From Octopus sinensis (Eukaryota), in the NCBI RefSeq assembly GCF_006345805.1, contig NC_043002.1, positions 53,382,001-53,446,000 of the forward strand: a stretch of DNA of 64,000 bases. Direction: 5' to 3'. A model generated the notes under the pieces. It made no database searches. It was not told the DNA's origin and saw only the letters and a list, made by a program, of their open reading frames with translations. Positions 39,359 through 52,220 of the stretch are shown here, in pieces. Within the stretch, counting starts at the first letter, position 1, and every line of letters begins with the position of its first letter. The position numbers were made by a program, and so were the translations under genes.

Positions 39359-40038
39359 GTGTAAAAGAAGGCAAAAATACAGCATTGGAGAGGAAGATAT
39401 GTGGAACTAGAAATAGTGTTGCGACTGCTGATAAACAGATAGTGATTTGCTTTTGATATATTCTTTGGCAATTATAAAAATAAAATTAAATGTATCTCAC
39501 TAATGGAGATAAACAACATGGCGGCAACCGATCAGAGAAATGTGTAGTGTGCATACATACATACATACATACATACATACATAGTACATACATGCATAAT
39601 GTATACATATACAGACATCTGTCTTCTATATATCTGGGTTATTATATTACATATATATTAATATATAAATATATATTTACATATATATATGTATATAGAT
39701 GTGTGGATGTCTCTGTATGTACACCTATAGACACACACACACATATGTATATACATAAACACTCACACATACGTGTGCACACACAAATACACATACATAT
39801 ACTACGCATATATGTACATACATATATGTGTATATGTATATATATATATATATGTGTCTCTCTCTCTATATATACGTATGTGTGCATGTATATTTATATA
39901 CACATACATAAATATGAAGATATATCCGCATGTATTTATAAACATTTACATACATACATACATACACACATGCATACATACGTGCATACATACATAGTTC
40001 CATACATACACATGTGTACCGATATATATAAATCTGAC

Positions 40039-40292
40039 TGTAGTTTCTGTTGAATTCTTGTTAGTCAACACTTGAGCAGGGTGAGAATCTCAGAGAGCCA
40101 ATAGCAATGAAGGAGTGGACGTAGTGATAATTGCAGAGCTGGGGGTGCGAGACAAAACAAGGGTGACGGGGCGAAGCTAGACGAATGGGTGGGGCAGGTA
40201 TGACTGGGGGTCGCGTGAAGCCAGCCAGCTCCGATGGTGAGAATTCTTTATAGTAGCTATAGAAACGGTAGGGTCTGGAGTGTGTGTATGAA
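40039..40292. repeat. LTR-like repeat, copy 1
   Basis: Begins TGTAGT; alignable along its length with 41380-41629; GC-richer than flanks. Confidence 0.55.
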
Positions 40293-41379
40293 CTAGTTTT
40301 CAATTTTGCTTCTTACTTTTGAGGTCTTGCATTCGATCCTACAGCATGACATTAAGGGCAATTTCATTTATTGTGGGTCGACCCAAGACTTTTTAATAAA
40401 ATTGGATACAGACATAGCTTAGGTGTCATATACAGCTAACTGAAAGGTCCAGTACTGTGACATGATGTGCAAGGCTAATTTTGCCTGGAGTGATATTAAG
40501 AGTCTGAATCTTCCGGAAAGCTCAGCCACTTAAAAGATAATTATATGAGTTAGTAGAATCACTGAAAACTCAAGATCGGCAATTCTGACAAAACTTTCTT
40601 GTCCAGCTTGTAAGAAAGAGCAACTGAAATTCCCCCAGATTCTGCCACACGTTCTTAAATCATATTTATTTCACATTATGTTGTCTTAAGTATGTTTATT
40701 TCTGAATAAAAGACAAGATGGTCACGGGCAGAATGCTTTTGATTATATATCTTCTAAACAACAGCAACAATAAACTTAATGAACATTATAACAAACAAAC
40801 ATACAAACAATAAAATGAAATAACAATAACAAATAATAACTGCGATGGTGATAACCATATAAACAACAATAGCAACAACATATCTTAATAAACAAAAACC
40901 AATCACAACAACAGCAATAATATTGGCACTGACAATAACTATTTCAATAACAACAGTCAAACAACTGCTATAAAAAAACGTCACGCGTTTTAAACATCAA
41001 AAACGATAAATTAATGGAAGCCATACGAAACTAATTGGATGGTTTATGAGAGAACCAACGTATTGTGAAATCTAAAATCAAACGTAGTATTAGAAAAAAT
41101 TATGAATATAATAATAATGATCTTTTTTTATATTTTACATGGTTACTGGGCCACGAACTATGGGAAATAATAGAATCGATTAAAACAGTCCCAGAGGTTT
41201 GACTGGTATCACCTCAGATCACTGTGTGATTTGAACTCAGAGCGTAAAATGAAGTATAATTAAATTCTGCATGGGATATAATTTGTTGCGATACCAATTT
41301 GATTTGACTTGCTAATCCAAAGGAAGTGGACTGCCCATAGCTTTCTTACGTCCTTATAAGCTAGTAAGATTGATGAGAC

Positions 41380-41629
41380 TGTAGTTCCGCTTGAATTCTT
41401 GTTAGTCAACACCTGAACAGGGAGGGAATCTCAGAGATCCAATCCAAAGGTAGGACTAGACTTAGTCATTACTGCAGAGCAGGTGACAAGGAACAAAACA
41501 AAGGTGACGAGGGGTGGCTAGACGAGTGGGCTGGGAATATATGAGTGGGGGTCGCTGAGGCCGGCCAGCTCCGATGGGCAGAGTGGTTTATAGATGTAGA
41601 AACGGTAGAGTCTGGAGTGTGTCTATGAC
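41380..41629. repeat. LTR-like repeat, copy 2
   Basis: tgtagttccgcttgaattcttgttagtcaacac...gccagctccgatgg...gtagaaacggtag.gtctggagtgtgt. Confidence 0.55.
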
Positions 41630-43085
41630 TGTATTTATGCCAGCTAGTTAGATGATCCTTTTCCAGAACCAGGCTAACAAGTCTGTGTTTACATCAACAA
41701 TGTCCGCGTCCTCAGCAGCAGAAGCAGCAGCAACAGTAGCAGCACCTGCAGTACCAGCTTAGCTATGAGAGCAATAATCCCATGTGAAAAATAATTGAGC
41801 TTTGTTGAGTGTCAAAAATAGTCGGTGACGGATAACATATTTCCTTGTCTTGAAGAGAAAAGACCGTTGCTGGGATGCGGTCCTAGCTACATTAAGGAAA
41901 TACTTTCACCTGGAGAAATTTTCATTAATTTTTGACCCAACAATTGCAGTGATTGTGAAGCTGCTACTTGAGGGCTGGAAAGCAAAATCCACTTCACTGG
42001 GATTTGAATTAAGGACACAAATACGAAATACGAAAATTTCAAAATTCCGATTTTTGGCAGTTTTCCGTAATCTCCATGGCAAAAAATAAAAAAAAACAAC
42101 AATTTGCGAGAAAATGGGGTGGGGGACGAGAGGAAGTCTTTCTGAAAATAGTAGTTGAAAAATAGGAAAAAACCTGAAAGCAGTAGAAATGCACGAACGA
42201 TTATGTTAGTGTCATGAAGTAAACGTGCTTCAGATACACTCGTTTATTCATACAAACGTAACTGAGATGAAATATGTCATAAATAACAGTGACAAACGAA
42301 ATATACACGGTCGGGGAATTTTTTGTTGACAAATAACAGCAGTAATTTTATTCAGCTGAATATTCGTCATTGATTGGTTGAAATTACCGAAATACGACAA
42401 CTTTAACGCGAAATAACTTCGAAAATAGAAACTTTTCTTAACAACGCTAAGAGTAAAAGATGTTCTATATGACACATTCTACCAGTATACCAAGTTTCAA
42501 AGTGTTTAGTTAAAGAAAATTAATTAATCGAGTTGTCCATCAAAAGGAAAAGATCCCCCGTTTGAATTAATCTAAAAATTAACGCATAATTTTAAAATTC
42601 AGTTTTAACATTTTGTAATTAGATACATATTTTATCAAAAACAAATTAAATCCAAGTTATATTTAGACTAAACACATTTTCATGTGTATGTTTTACCTAT
42701 TTTTGTTCCGTCATATTTGCAAACCAACGATTTTGTTAGGATGATGTCAATGAATGTGTTGTTGTTATTGCAAATTACTCAGAGTGTAGCCGTATTTCGG
42801 TAATTGGTTTTGTTAGTGTTTTCGTTCTATTATTGCTTCTACTGTAGTTGATATCTACGCTGTTCACATTGTCATTGTTGTTCGAATAGTTCCAATTCTT
42901 GTAATTGCATTTGTAGTTATTGACGAAAATTTTATCTTAGCATAATTTTTTTCATAATTTCGTTGTCGTCTCCTGTACAAAGACGGCAGTCTCTTTCATT
43001 TTTTGCCTTCCCTTTCTCTTTCAGCTCTCCGTTGTCTTCTTTTATGTTCTCGCCTCCTCATTCTTTCCAGCGTAATTCTTCACTC

Positions 43086-43500
43086 TTTACTCTTTTACTC
43101 TTTTACTTGTTTCAGTCATTTGACTGCGGCCATGCTGGAGCACCGCCTTTAGTCGAGCAAATCGACCCCGGAACTTATTCTTTGTAAGCCCAGTACTTAT
43201 TCTGTCGGTCTCTTTTGCCGAACCACTAAGTGACAGGGGCGTAAACACACCAGCATCGGTTGTCAAGCAATGCTAGGGGGACAAACACAGACATACAAAC
43301 ATATACACACACATACATATATATATATATATACATATATACGACGGGCTTCTTTCAGTTTCCGTCTACCAAATCCACTCATAAGGCATTGGTCGGCCCA
43401 GTGCTATAGCAGAAGACACTTGCCCAAGATGCCACGCAGTGAAACTGAACCCGGAACCATGTGGTTGTTAAGCAAGCTACTTACCACACAGCCACTCCTA
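43086..43500 (-). mobile_element. SINE family A, full length
   Basis: cagtcatttgactgcggccatgctggagcaccgcc...gaacccggaaccatgtgg...accacacagccactcct. Confidence 0.92.
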
Positions 43501-43678
43501 AACTTTGTTTTTTGTATCATGAATAATGCAGCGCAAATTCAAATTTGAAAAAAAAAAGCAAACACATACACAGAGATTTCTATGAAAGAAAATCTTATTT
43601 TCAAAGTATACGCTACAAGATTCAATTAATCTTCTCTTGCATGCGAATAAACAACAATTTTCCATATATATTATATAT

Positions 43679-43710
<32 letters not shown>

Positions 43711-43779
43711 AAACTCCTTCAGGCCAAACGGATTGTACCTGTTGAAAATCTCCAGAAATGAAGGTTAGACTTACAGGTA

Positions 43780-43893
43780 TGGCAGCAGCAGCAGCAGCAA
43801 ATCCATCACGAACAGCATCACCACTACTACCACCACCACCACCACCACCACCACCACCACCACCACCACCACCACTACTACTACTACTACTAT

Positions 43894-43929
<36 letters not shown>

Positions 43930-44021
43930 CACCCCCATCACGACCACGACCACGACCACCATCACCACCACCATCACTACTACTACTACTACTACTACTT
44001 GCATCACTCTCTCACTCATTC

Positions 44022-44055
<34 letters not shown>
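43780..44055. repeat. (GCA)(CAC)n(CTA)n(AAT)n trinucleotide array
   Basis: Directly visible. Confidence 0.95.
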
Positions 44056-44056
<1 letters not shown>

Positions 44057-44840
44057 AAGTATTAAAATAATATCTGTTTCTAATATTAGCTGAATAATAA
44101 CAAATATCGATACCATAATACACTGAAGAATATCTAGTAGCATCGAAGAATAACGAAATATAGAAAAGAAACAGTTAGCGTAAACGTAAAAATACACTTG
44201 CGTAAGTAATATGTTATCCTATTTTAAACGGTATTGCATTTTTGATTAATATGTACTGCGAATGATTGCACAAACGATCGACTGGTCACCCCTCGTAAAT
44301 GCTTTAGTAGAACACATTAGGGTAACAGCAGTCAAGCGGAATGTAAAGCGAAAATAACAAATGACGCAAACAGAAAATGCATAATTCAAACCAAGATGAA
44401 AAATAACCGTGTAAAATTCCGTGTAGCCAAAGAAAGTGATGTTTGGTAAAAATTATGAGAATCTAAATATATAGCTGAACGTTAGTTTTCAATTTCCTCA
44501 ACTGCAATATATTTGTATCGAGTGCTGTACAAATATTGTATATTGTGAAAAAGGAGGCAGTCAGAATTTAGAATAATTCTTTATCAGCGCTTTCGTCGTT
44601 TATCTAACTCGTCAAGAAAAAAATCAAAAGCTAAGTATTAAAAACAGAACGTTTCGTTGTTCATTTATATCAATCGGATGCTTTTCCTCTTTGTTTGGCA
44701 GAGGAGAAAAAATGTTTTTGTCCTTTTTATTGGAAAAAGGGTGAAAGAGAGATAGAAAAGCAAAGTTTCCGGACAACCAAGAAAGAGAAAAAATAATAAT
44801 AAAGAATGGGAAAAGAGAGATAGATACATATATATATTAT

Positions 44841-44886
<46 letters not shown>

Positions 44887-44992
44887 ATATATATATATTA
44901 ACAATTGAGGATAAAATCTTAAAAGAAATTATCAGTAGTCAGCGTGAAAAACCTCGTAAGAGAAAAAATCCGTAAATTCTTCCTCTTTGAAA

Positions 44993-45123
44993 ATATTCAT
45001 TTATATTATATTGAGGGTACTACTATTCGTAGTATCTACGAATTCGTGGTATCTACGAATAGTAGTACCCTCAATTCGTGGTATCTACGATAGTAGTACC
45101 CTCAATATAATATAAATGAATAT
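44993..45123. repeat. 33-bp perfect inverted repeat enclosing an internally duplicated spacer
   Basis: atattcatttatattatattgagggtactacta (44993-45025) / tagtagtaccctcaatataatataaatgaatat (45091-45123). Confidence 0.95.
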
Positions 45124-45135
45124 ATATATATATAT

Positions 45136-45174
<39 letters not shown>

Positions 45175-45913
45175 CTTTCTTTTCAATTTGATGTGGTCAA
45201 TCCATTGAAATTTCATGACAAAGCATTTTTCTTTTCTTTCATTTTCCCTCCCATTGTATACCTATGAACATATTTGTAAATAAACACATTTTCTCACAAG
45301 AGCTGGTGACCTTTCACGATGTCAATTTTAGGAAGTAGGATGGAAAAGATAAGGAAAGTGGTGAGGGTAAGGTCATCACTGAAAAAGAAAAATGAGTTCA
45401 AAGTTCAAATTCCAATGTAAATGCATATTCCTTTATATTTTTATAGTCAAGTTCCATATTCTTTGTAATTCCATGTTTTACATGAAAAAACATTAAATAT
45501 TAATGCAACATTCATAAATTAAGAAAATAAAGTCAGAATATACAAAAATAATTTGGTACTACTTATAATTCAATCTATTCTCTATGTTTATTTAATCAAA
45601 CATAAAGGAACCTTGTATTAATATGTATATCATATATTTAGCTGGAAGCCTTTCTATAGGATATAAATTATATAACAAAGCAGAACCTGTTTAAATATAT
45701 TTTTGAGTATCTTTCATCCTTTGGTAGGATTTATTTTTATTTTTATTGCTTGCTTGGCTAAGATAATCCAAAAGAAATCTTTTTCATCAATTACTTTGCC
45801 AAGGAGCTACATTAGACATATTTCCTAGTCAGTGGCAAAATGGTTCTAGTATTCTTTCTCGGGTTATATGTAAGTTCTATAAGATAAAAGCAGTTGTCAA
45901 AATCCTAATGTTG

Positions 45914-45972
<59 letters not shown>

Positions 45973-45975
45973 TGC

Positions 45976-46460
45976 ATAAAGCTCCAGCAAATCATCAATG
46001 AAGAAGAAGACCGAACTCAACTCCAGTCTGATCAATATGCTGTGAGTCAATGGGCAGACAAAAACAAGATGCAACTGAATGAGAGAAAATTTAACCTGAT
46101 GCATTTTGGAAGAAAGTCTATACTAAAACAGCCAGGCTCTCTTCCTTCAGGGGAACCGCTCACGGTATCTAATAATCAGAGACCTGGGTATAATTGTTGA
46201 TAACAATCTCAGTTGGAGTGCCCACATAAACAATAAGGTCGATATAGGTCGTAGGATGAGCTCCTGGATCTTAAGAACCTTCCGGTCCAGAGAACAAGGT
46301 GTCATCATTCCACTTTTCTCCTCCTTTGTACGGTCACACCTCGAATACTGCTGCCCCTTGTGGTCTCCTCATACAAAACAAAACATCTCGAAAATTGAAT
46401 CACCCCAGAGAGCACTCACTAAACAAATTAAAGGCATGACTGATCTCGATTACTGGGCCT
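45976..46460 (+). mobile_element. CR1/L2-group LINE fragment (post-RT region), related to 26760-28137
   Basis: KLQQIINEEEDRTQLQSD...WADKNKMQLNE.KF.LMHFG, RDLGIIVDNNLSWSAHI, VRSHLEYCCPLWSPH. Confidence 0.88.
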
Positions 46461-46824
46461 TTTTCTCAGTGTAAAATATCTGTACACTACTTCAAGCACT
46501 CTCTAAATAACTCTATAAATCGCTCTATAAAATTTTGACTGCCTCCTTTTTCTCAATATATATGTGTCTGTATATATATATATACAGACACACACACATA
46601 TATATATATATACATAGATAATTTATTTAAATGACACAATAATTGTCTTTAAATGCTACTAGCAGTTTCTTCTTATTTATCAGGTACAAACCACATGTCA
46701 TAACTATTAGCAACACTTGAAGTCATGTATTATGTCCTTTAAATGAATAATAATTATCTCCCACTAGATGGAGTACTTTTTTAGTGATCTTTCTATCACA
46801 GAACAGTACATTATATATATGGTA

Positions 46825-47017
46825 CAGGAGTGGCTGTGTGAAGGCTCAGGAGTGGCTGTGTGAAGGCTCAGGAGTGACTGTGTGGTAAGTAGCTTGCTTA
46901 CCAGCCGCATGGCTTCGGGTTCAGTCCCACTGCGAGGCACCTTGGGCAAGTGTCTTCTACTCTAGCCTCGGGCCGACCGAAGCCTTGTGAGTGGATTTAG
47001 TAGACGCCTGTCGTATC

Positions 47018-47049
<32 letters not shown>

Positions 47050-47280
47050 TGTATGTATGTATGTATGTATGCATGTATTTGTACGTCTCTGTTTATCCTC
47101 TCACCATCGCTTCACAACCAACGTTGGTGTGTTTACGTCCCCGTAACTTAGCAGTTCAGCAAAAGACACCGATAGAATAAGTACTAGGCTTACAAAAAGA
47201 AATCCTGGGGTCGATTTGTTCGACTGAAAGCAGTGCTCCATCATGGCCGCAGTCAAATGACTGAAACAAATAAAAGAATA
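46825..47280 (+). mobile_element. SINE family A, full length, with triplicated 22-bp 5' end
   Basis: caggagtggctgtgtgaaggct x2, then caggagtgactgtgtggtaag, B-box gggttcagtccc, internal (TATG)n, standard tail. Confidence 0.92.
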
Positions 47281-47289
47281 TATATATAT

Positions 47290-48620
47290 CGAACCAGGAT
47301 ATAATCTTGCGATGAAAAGGATGTTGATAGATTACATATATTCAAAAAATATATTATTTTATTGAAAAGAATATCAGATCTCGAAATAAACCACTTAAAA
47401 GAAAGTATATAGATAAATAAAAAGATGAAAATGAAACTATAAACAGTGAGAGTGCAAACGACCAAAACAAACTCAACACAATTAAAACAAAATAAATAAC
47501 AAAGAAACAAAATCAAATCCCAACATATCTGCAGATTATTGACCAACAAAGGATATCTCAGAACTATATCAAAATATATATTAACATATGTGGATAAGAT
47601 AAAGGTCAAAGAAGGAGAAATAATGCTTGAATTAGACAATTCTCCACGCCATAGGTATTATAGTAAATCCGTGTCTAAAAGCTATAAGAAGGAGAATGAA
47701 GGAAGAGCATTTTGACACAATGATAAAACTTCAAGAAACTCATTTAAATACCAAAATCATTATCAGTGCTATTAACATATAAACAGTGCCAGCTATAGAA
47801 TATGATTTTGTGGTATTGATGTGAAATATGACAGATGCAGTCATCACAGACAGCAACACTAAGAATAATATCAAAATAAATCAGACGCTACAAAATAGCT
47901 CTGACATCCAGCTGCTATACATTTCACGGAGTGAACGTAGCAAGGGAATATTAATAGAAAGAAGACAGTTTAATAAAATAGTTATCAATATTGCTTTCTG
48001 CCTTTCAAATGCACAAGAAAATCTGATAGATATGTTCGTAGAATATGACGGCAGGAAGAATATAAAATCGAAGAAATCGAATATCATTCGAGCAGTAGAA
48101 CTTTCTCATAAAATTGGAGTAGACTTTTGGACGGAGAAATTCAAAGCAAAAATTGGAGATAGAAATCGCTTATATGAAATAAAAAATGCGTTTCAGCCCA
48201 AATGATTCGACACTCCTCATGAACTCTTTGAAGGAAATCTGCTATCGAACTTCCCTATTGAATAATTATATTATGACCTGGGTTTGTGACAAATGGATTT
48301 AGATGGAAAATGAGCGAAATTTTTGCTGCACAATCTGAAAAGGCAGATAGTTTACGAGAAGCATGATCAATACTTTCTTTATCACTTTTACAACTTTGAA
48401 TATTAAGGTCGGAAAGGCATTCAAAGTAGAATCCAACCGTAAACGAACATCAACAGGTATGTTCTCGCTGTGCAACAAATTTTCGTAGCACATTTCTTAT
48501 CATAAGAATTACATTTTTGCCAGATTTTTTCCAGATAACAGGTCGCCCACAATGAAATTGATAAAATTCTACCGTTAGATTTAATTGAAACTGATCCCAG
48601 TGATAGTAACACAGACTAAA
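47290..48620 (+). mobile_element. Highly decayed R4/Dong-clade LINE (late RT/thumb region)
   Basis: LNTKIIISAINI..VPAIEY, SDIQLLYISRSERSKGI resemble LNA.NK..AIN..AVP..Y and SD..RLY.PR..GGRGL. Confidence 0.6.
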
Positions 48621-49029
48621 ACTACACAGATATTACTCTGCAGTTTCATGTTGCCTTGCGGTAGTTGAAAGGAGGCAGTTCCTTATATAGAAAAATTTAA
48701 AGGAAAATATTTCATAATTCTTGTGACCGATTGTAGCACGCACTAAAATACGCAGTCCTCAGTGGTTTCATGCTTCACTTCGGCCGCTAAAAGGAAGCAG
48801 TTTCTAAAACAGCAGTTTAAAGGAAAATATTTCAGGAAACTACAACGTAAGGTATATTACAATAAAATATATTTGCATCCTGATTTCCATAACAGCACTT
48901 ACGTCTTTCAAATTATAAGACAATGACGGTGTACGCATCAAGCTGAGATTCATCTGTAACGTCATTAATATTCAGAGAATGCGAACATAGAACAAAGGCA
49001 AGTGGAGTTGGAATATAAGAGACACACAA

Positions 49030-50115
49030 GGGATAGCCCTGACAAGAAACTGAAGCACTTCAATTCTGAAAACGTGGCTGTCAACCATGACCAACTCAGC
49101 ATGTTAAGACCAACTCAGAATGTTAAGAGGTATTTTTGTAGTCCTATGGTGATTATTTTGTAATAGTTTCCTAGCTGTATAAGGCCTCTACCACCTTCTT
49201 TACGTTGTATATATAACCTTTTTATGTCAGGTGGTGCATCCTAAATCTTGTCATTATTTTCTTTTTTCCTGTCTATTTTGATTAGTTCATTTACTGTCCA
49301 GTTAAGGATATTGTAGCTGTAACTTATAACTGGGACGGCAAACGTGTTGATACATATTTTCTTGTTTTTCGCATTGTGCTCTGTTTTCAATATCAATCTA
49401 ATTCGTCTCTAGTATTCTTTTTTTATTTTCTCTTTCATTTGTGTGTATTGTATCGTATCTGGTTAATTTGTTCCTAAATATTTGGATGTCTATATTTGGT
49501 CTAATTCTCTTATTTAATATGCTTTATCTAGTGCGATGTTGCTACTCTTAACTAGTTTTCTTCTTTTCAAGGTAGTTTTGGCACATTTTCCTAAGCCAAA
49601 TTTCATATTTATTTCGTTGGTAAATCCATGTACTGTCTGCAGTAGTGTTTCCAGCTGTTTATCATTTGTAGCGTACAGTTTTAGGTCATCCATGTATAAA
49701 GTGTGGCTGATTGTCTTGCCGTAACAGCTGTATCCGCATCCAGTTCTGTTTAGTATCTCAGATAAATGTGTCAGTGTCAAGCAGGAAAGGAGTGGAGAGA
49801 GCGTGTCTCCTTGTAATATTTCTCTTCTAATGGGGATGGCTTTGGTTTTTACGAGTCCCTCTTCTGTTTGGAGCTGTAGCACTGTCTGCCATTTATTCAT
49901 GGAATGTATCATATATTTTATTATAATTATTGGTGCTACCTTGTACATAGCTAGTGTTTCTAGGATCCATGTGTGGGGAATACTATCAAAAGCCTTTCGG
50001 TAATCGATCTAGGCCATACTTAGACCCTTGTTCTTGCTGCAGCTGTTTTCAATTGTGGCTTTATTGATCATTAGTTGATCTTGACAGCCATATGAGCCCT
50101 TGCAGCATCCCTTGC
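49030..50115 (-). mobile_element. R4/Dong-clade LINE RT fragment
   Basis: QKGCCKGSYGCQDQLMINK, IDYRKAFDSIPH.W, REILQGDTLSPLL, HTLYMDDLKLY, NMKFGLGKCA. Confidence 0.88.
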
Positions 50116-50249
50116 AGTATCCCTTGCATCAATAACAATATCAACAGCAGCAATAGAAAGAGTAACGACGGTACCAAAGTAAGTAATGGTGTGACCGCAT
50201 GGGCAGGCAATCTTTTGCTAGCATTGTTATTTAATAGTAATACCCATAA

Positions 50250-51040
50250 ATATTAAAATCCAATGTTGATAATTACAAAACTGTTAAACTAGATTCCCAG
50301 AAGGTTAGAACCTCTTCTCTTCCCAACTCACATTACACAAAGGCTCTTATGAGAAATTTCGAACAATCACCCTAAGTGTAGATTAACCAACCCTGCAGAA
50401 ACAAACTTAGGCGTATTTAGTATGGAAAATGCTCATTTATTTCTAGAGTTATAGAAGTAGAGAAACTCCAGTTATGGAACAATAGCTGGTGTGTTAGAGA
50501 ATACTTTAATAACATCAATGATAACAAAATCATTCTTTATTCATTTTTAAGCTTCCACTACCACTAGCATTAGCCTTCATCAATAACCATTTTAGCTATT
50601 ATCGATTCAGATATTAAGACCATTCTACACGTTAAAAAGTCTCTCAATTTTTTTTCTAGGTGAAAAAGGAAAGAAGAGAGAATTTGTTTGATATAGCTAT
50701 TCGTGCGTTTGATGGGGGTTGGTGGCGTGTGAAATTAATAGTTTATGATTTAAATCTGTTGAACAAAAAGAGACAAAAAATTGGAGTTATCGGAATGGTG
50801 GATCATATCTTTTTTAAAAATATAAATGAATATAATGTAGAAAGATTTATAAAAAAAAATATTTCAGTGTCCAGCGAATTAGAGTTAAGTGTTACTGCAG
50901 AGGGCAACCAGGCAAAAGTTAATTTTCTAGACGTAACGTTAAATTTAAAGTCTAATAAAATTTTCCTGTATCATAAACCTAATTAAAGGTTAATTATATT
51001 AATAAAAGTTTTTATCATATGTCAAATATTTTCCATGATT
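50250..51040 (+). mobile_element. Penelope-like element RT pseudogene
   Basis: Decayed CRLTNPAETNLG, LFDIAIRAFDG (FDV.MG.FDG), ER.IKK.I, VTAEGNQAKVNFLDVTLNL...YHKPN. Confidence 0.75.
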
Positions 51041-51126
51041 CAGTCTTTAATGTTACCATACATATATCATCATTGCCCTAAGAAGTAGATCCTTTTGCAT
51101 ATCCTTGTATTTCAATGGCAGATCCT

Positions 51127-52220
51127 TTACAGAGTGGGGAACAAAACTTGCAAAATTGCTGTAACATTTGAAACTATCGCATTGTGCATCAATAGGTTTA
51201 GTAATTAAAAATGAGATAAAAAAATAACATTCACATATAATTACAAAAAGAATAATTTATTCTATGTGGCTCCCATTGTTTTCAATTACAGGCTCCACAC
51301 AGCCACAGAACCCCACACAACTCTTCACCACGAGGTCACTAGACATCCTGGCCCAATCCTCATTGATGGCAGCCTTCAGAGAGTTGATGTTGGGATGGGA
51401 GATCTTGGTTGGGGGAGGGCCAGAAGTCAGTAGTCCAGAAAGCAGCAAAGTTGAATTTGCAGAAATTCTGTACCTTCTTGTCAGTATGGCTGGGAGCACC
51501 GTCCTAGTTCCACACATAGTTGCCCTCCGGGTAGTTAGCCTTGAGCTATGGCAAGACGTGGTACCTCAGCGTCTTCTAGTAGGCATCAGCACACACCGTT
51601 TCTCCGGTCTTTCAGAAGTAGAAGTGGCATATTTCTTCCGTCGGAGGCCACATTAGCGAAGTCCATAACTTGGGCTGGATTTATTGTTCCGAAGTTGCTC
51701 CTGACTCCGCAATGTACTGGTCGTTTCTGCGTTTCACAACGGCATCCACCGTGAAGATCATGTAAGAAAAAAATTTCACAAAGGGCCCGTTCTTCTTGAA
51801 ACATGTGAGAACCTTTTTGCACTTCTCCAGTCCTCTGGCCTTTATAGATTCTGTCAGCAGGTGTCTCGGTGTCCTTGTGTAGGAATGGAGGCCCATTCAT
51901 CATTCACTGTTGTTTTGATGATCTTGTGGTCCATTCAAGTTCAGAGGCCAGATTCTTCATGGATGTAGTTGGGTCCTTTGAAATTTTGGACTTGAGGGTG
52001 TTGCTGAAGTCTTGATTCCGCTTCTTGTTGGCCCAACCACTGCCAGAATTCTTCTGAATGCTGTTGCCCGTATCCATTCTCTTCTTGACATTATAAACTG
52101 TACGTAAGGATACTTCAACTATGCTTAAGATCCTCTTCGGATCGACTTGTGCACGGACCAAATCGCATACTCTTTGGCGTTTGTCTTCCTGCGCGGTTAT
52201 ATTCTCCAATATTCGTGCAA
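51127..52220 (-). mobile_element. Tc1/mariner (DD37D-like) transposase pseudogene with one TIR
   Basis: Minus strand: KRQRVCDLVRAQ..VSLRTVYNVKK, DPTTSM, IFTVDAV..RRND, NPAQVM..VASDG, YVWN*DGAPSHT, NNGSHIE*; TA|CAGAGTGGGGAACAAAACTTG at about 51126. Confidence 0.85.

Noticed and set aside
39178-39456. Poly-Asp ORF resembling an acidic biomineralisation protein
   Set aside because: It is entirely a (GAT/GAC)n microsatellite; other frames are also open and there is no signal peptide or splice evidence.
43758-44093. Poly-Ala/Pro/Leu/Asn ORF resembling a transcription factor low-complexity region
   Set aside because: Compound trinucleotide microsatellite with no unique coding sequence.
44123-44165. 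CUGAAGA...GAAA as a hammerhead ribozyme
   Set aside because: Stems I and II do not pair; likely chance. The similar motif near 53518 also lacks a correct core.
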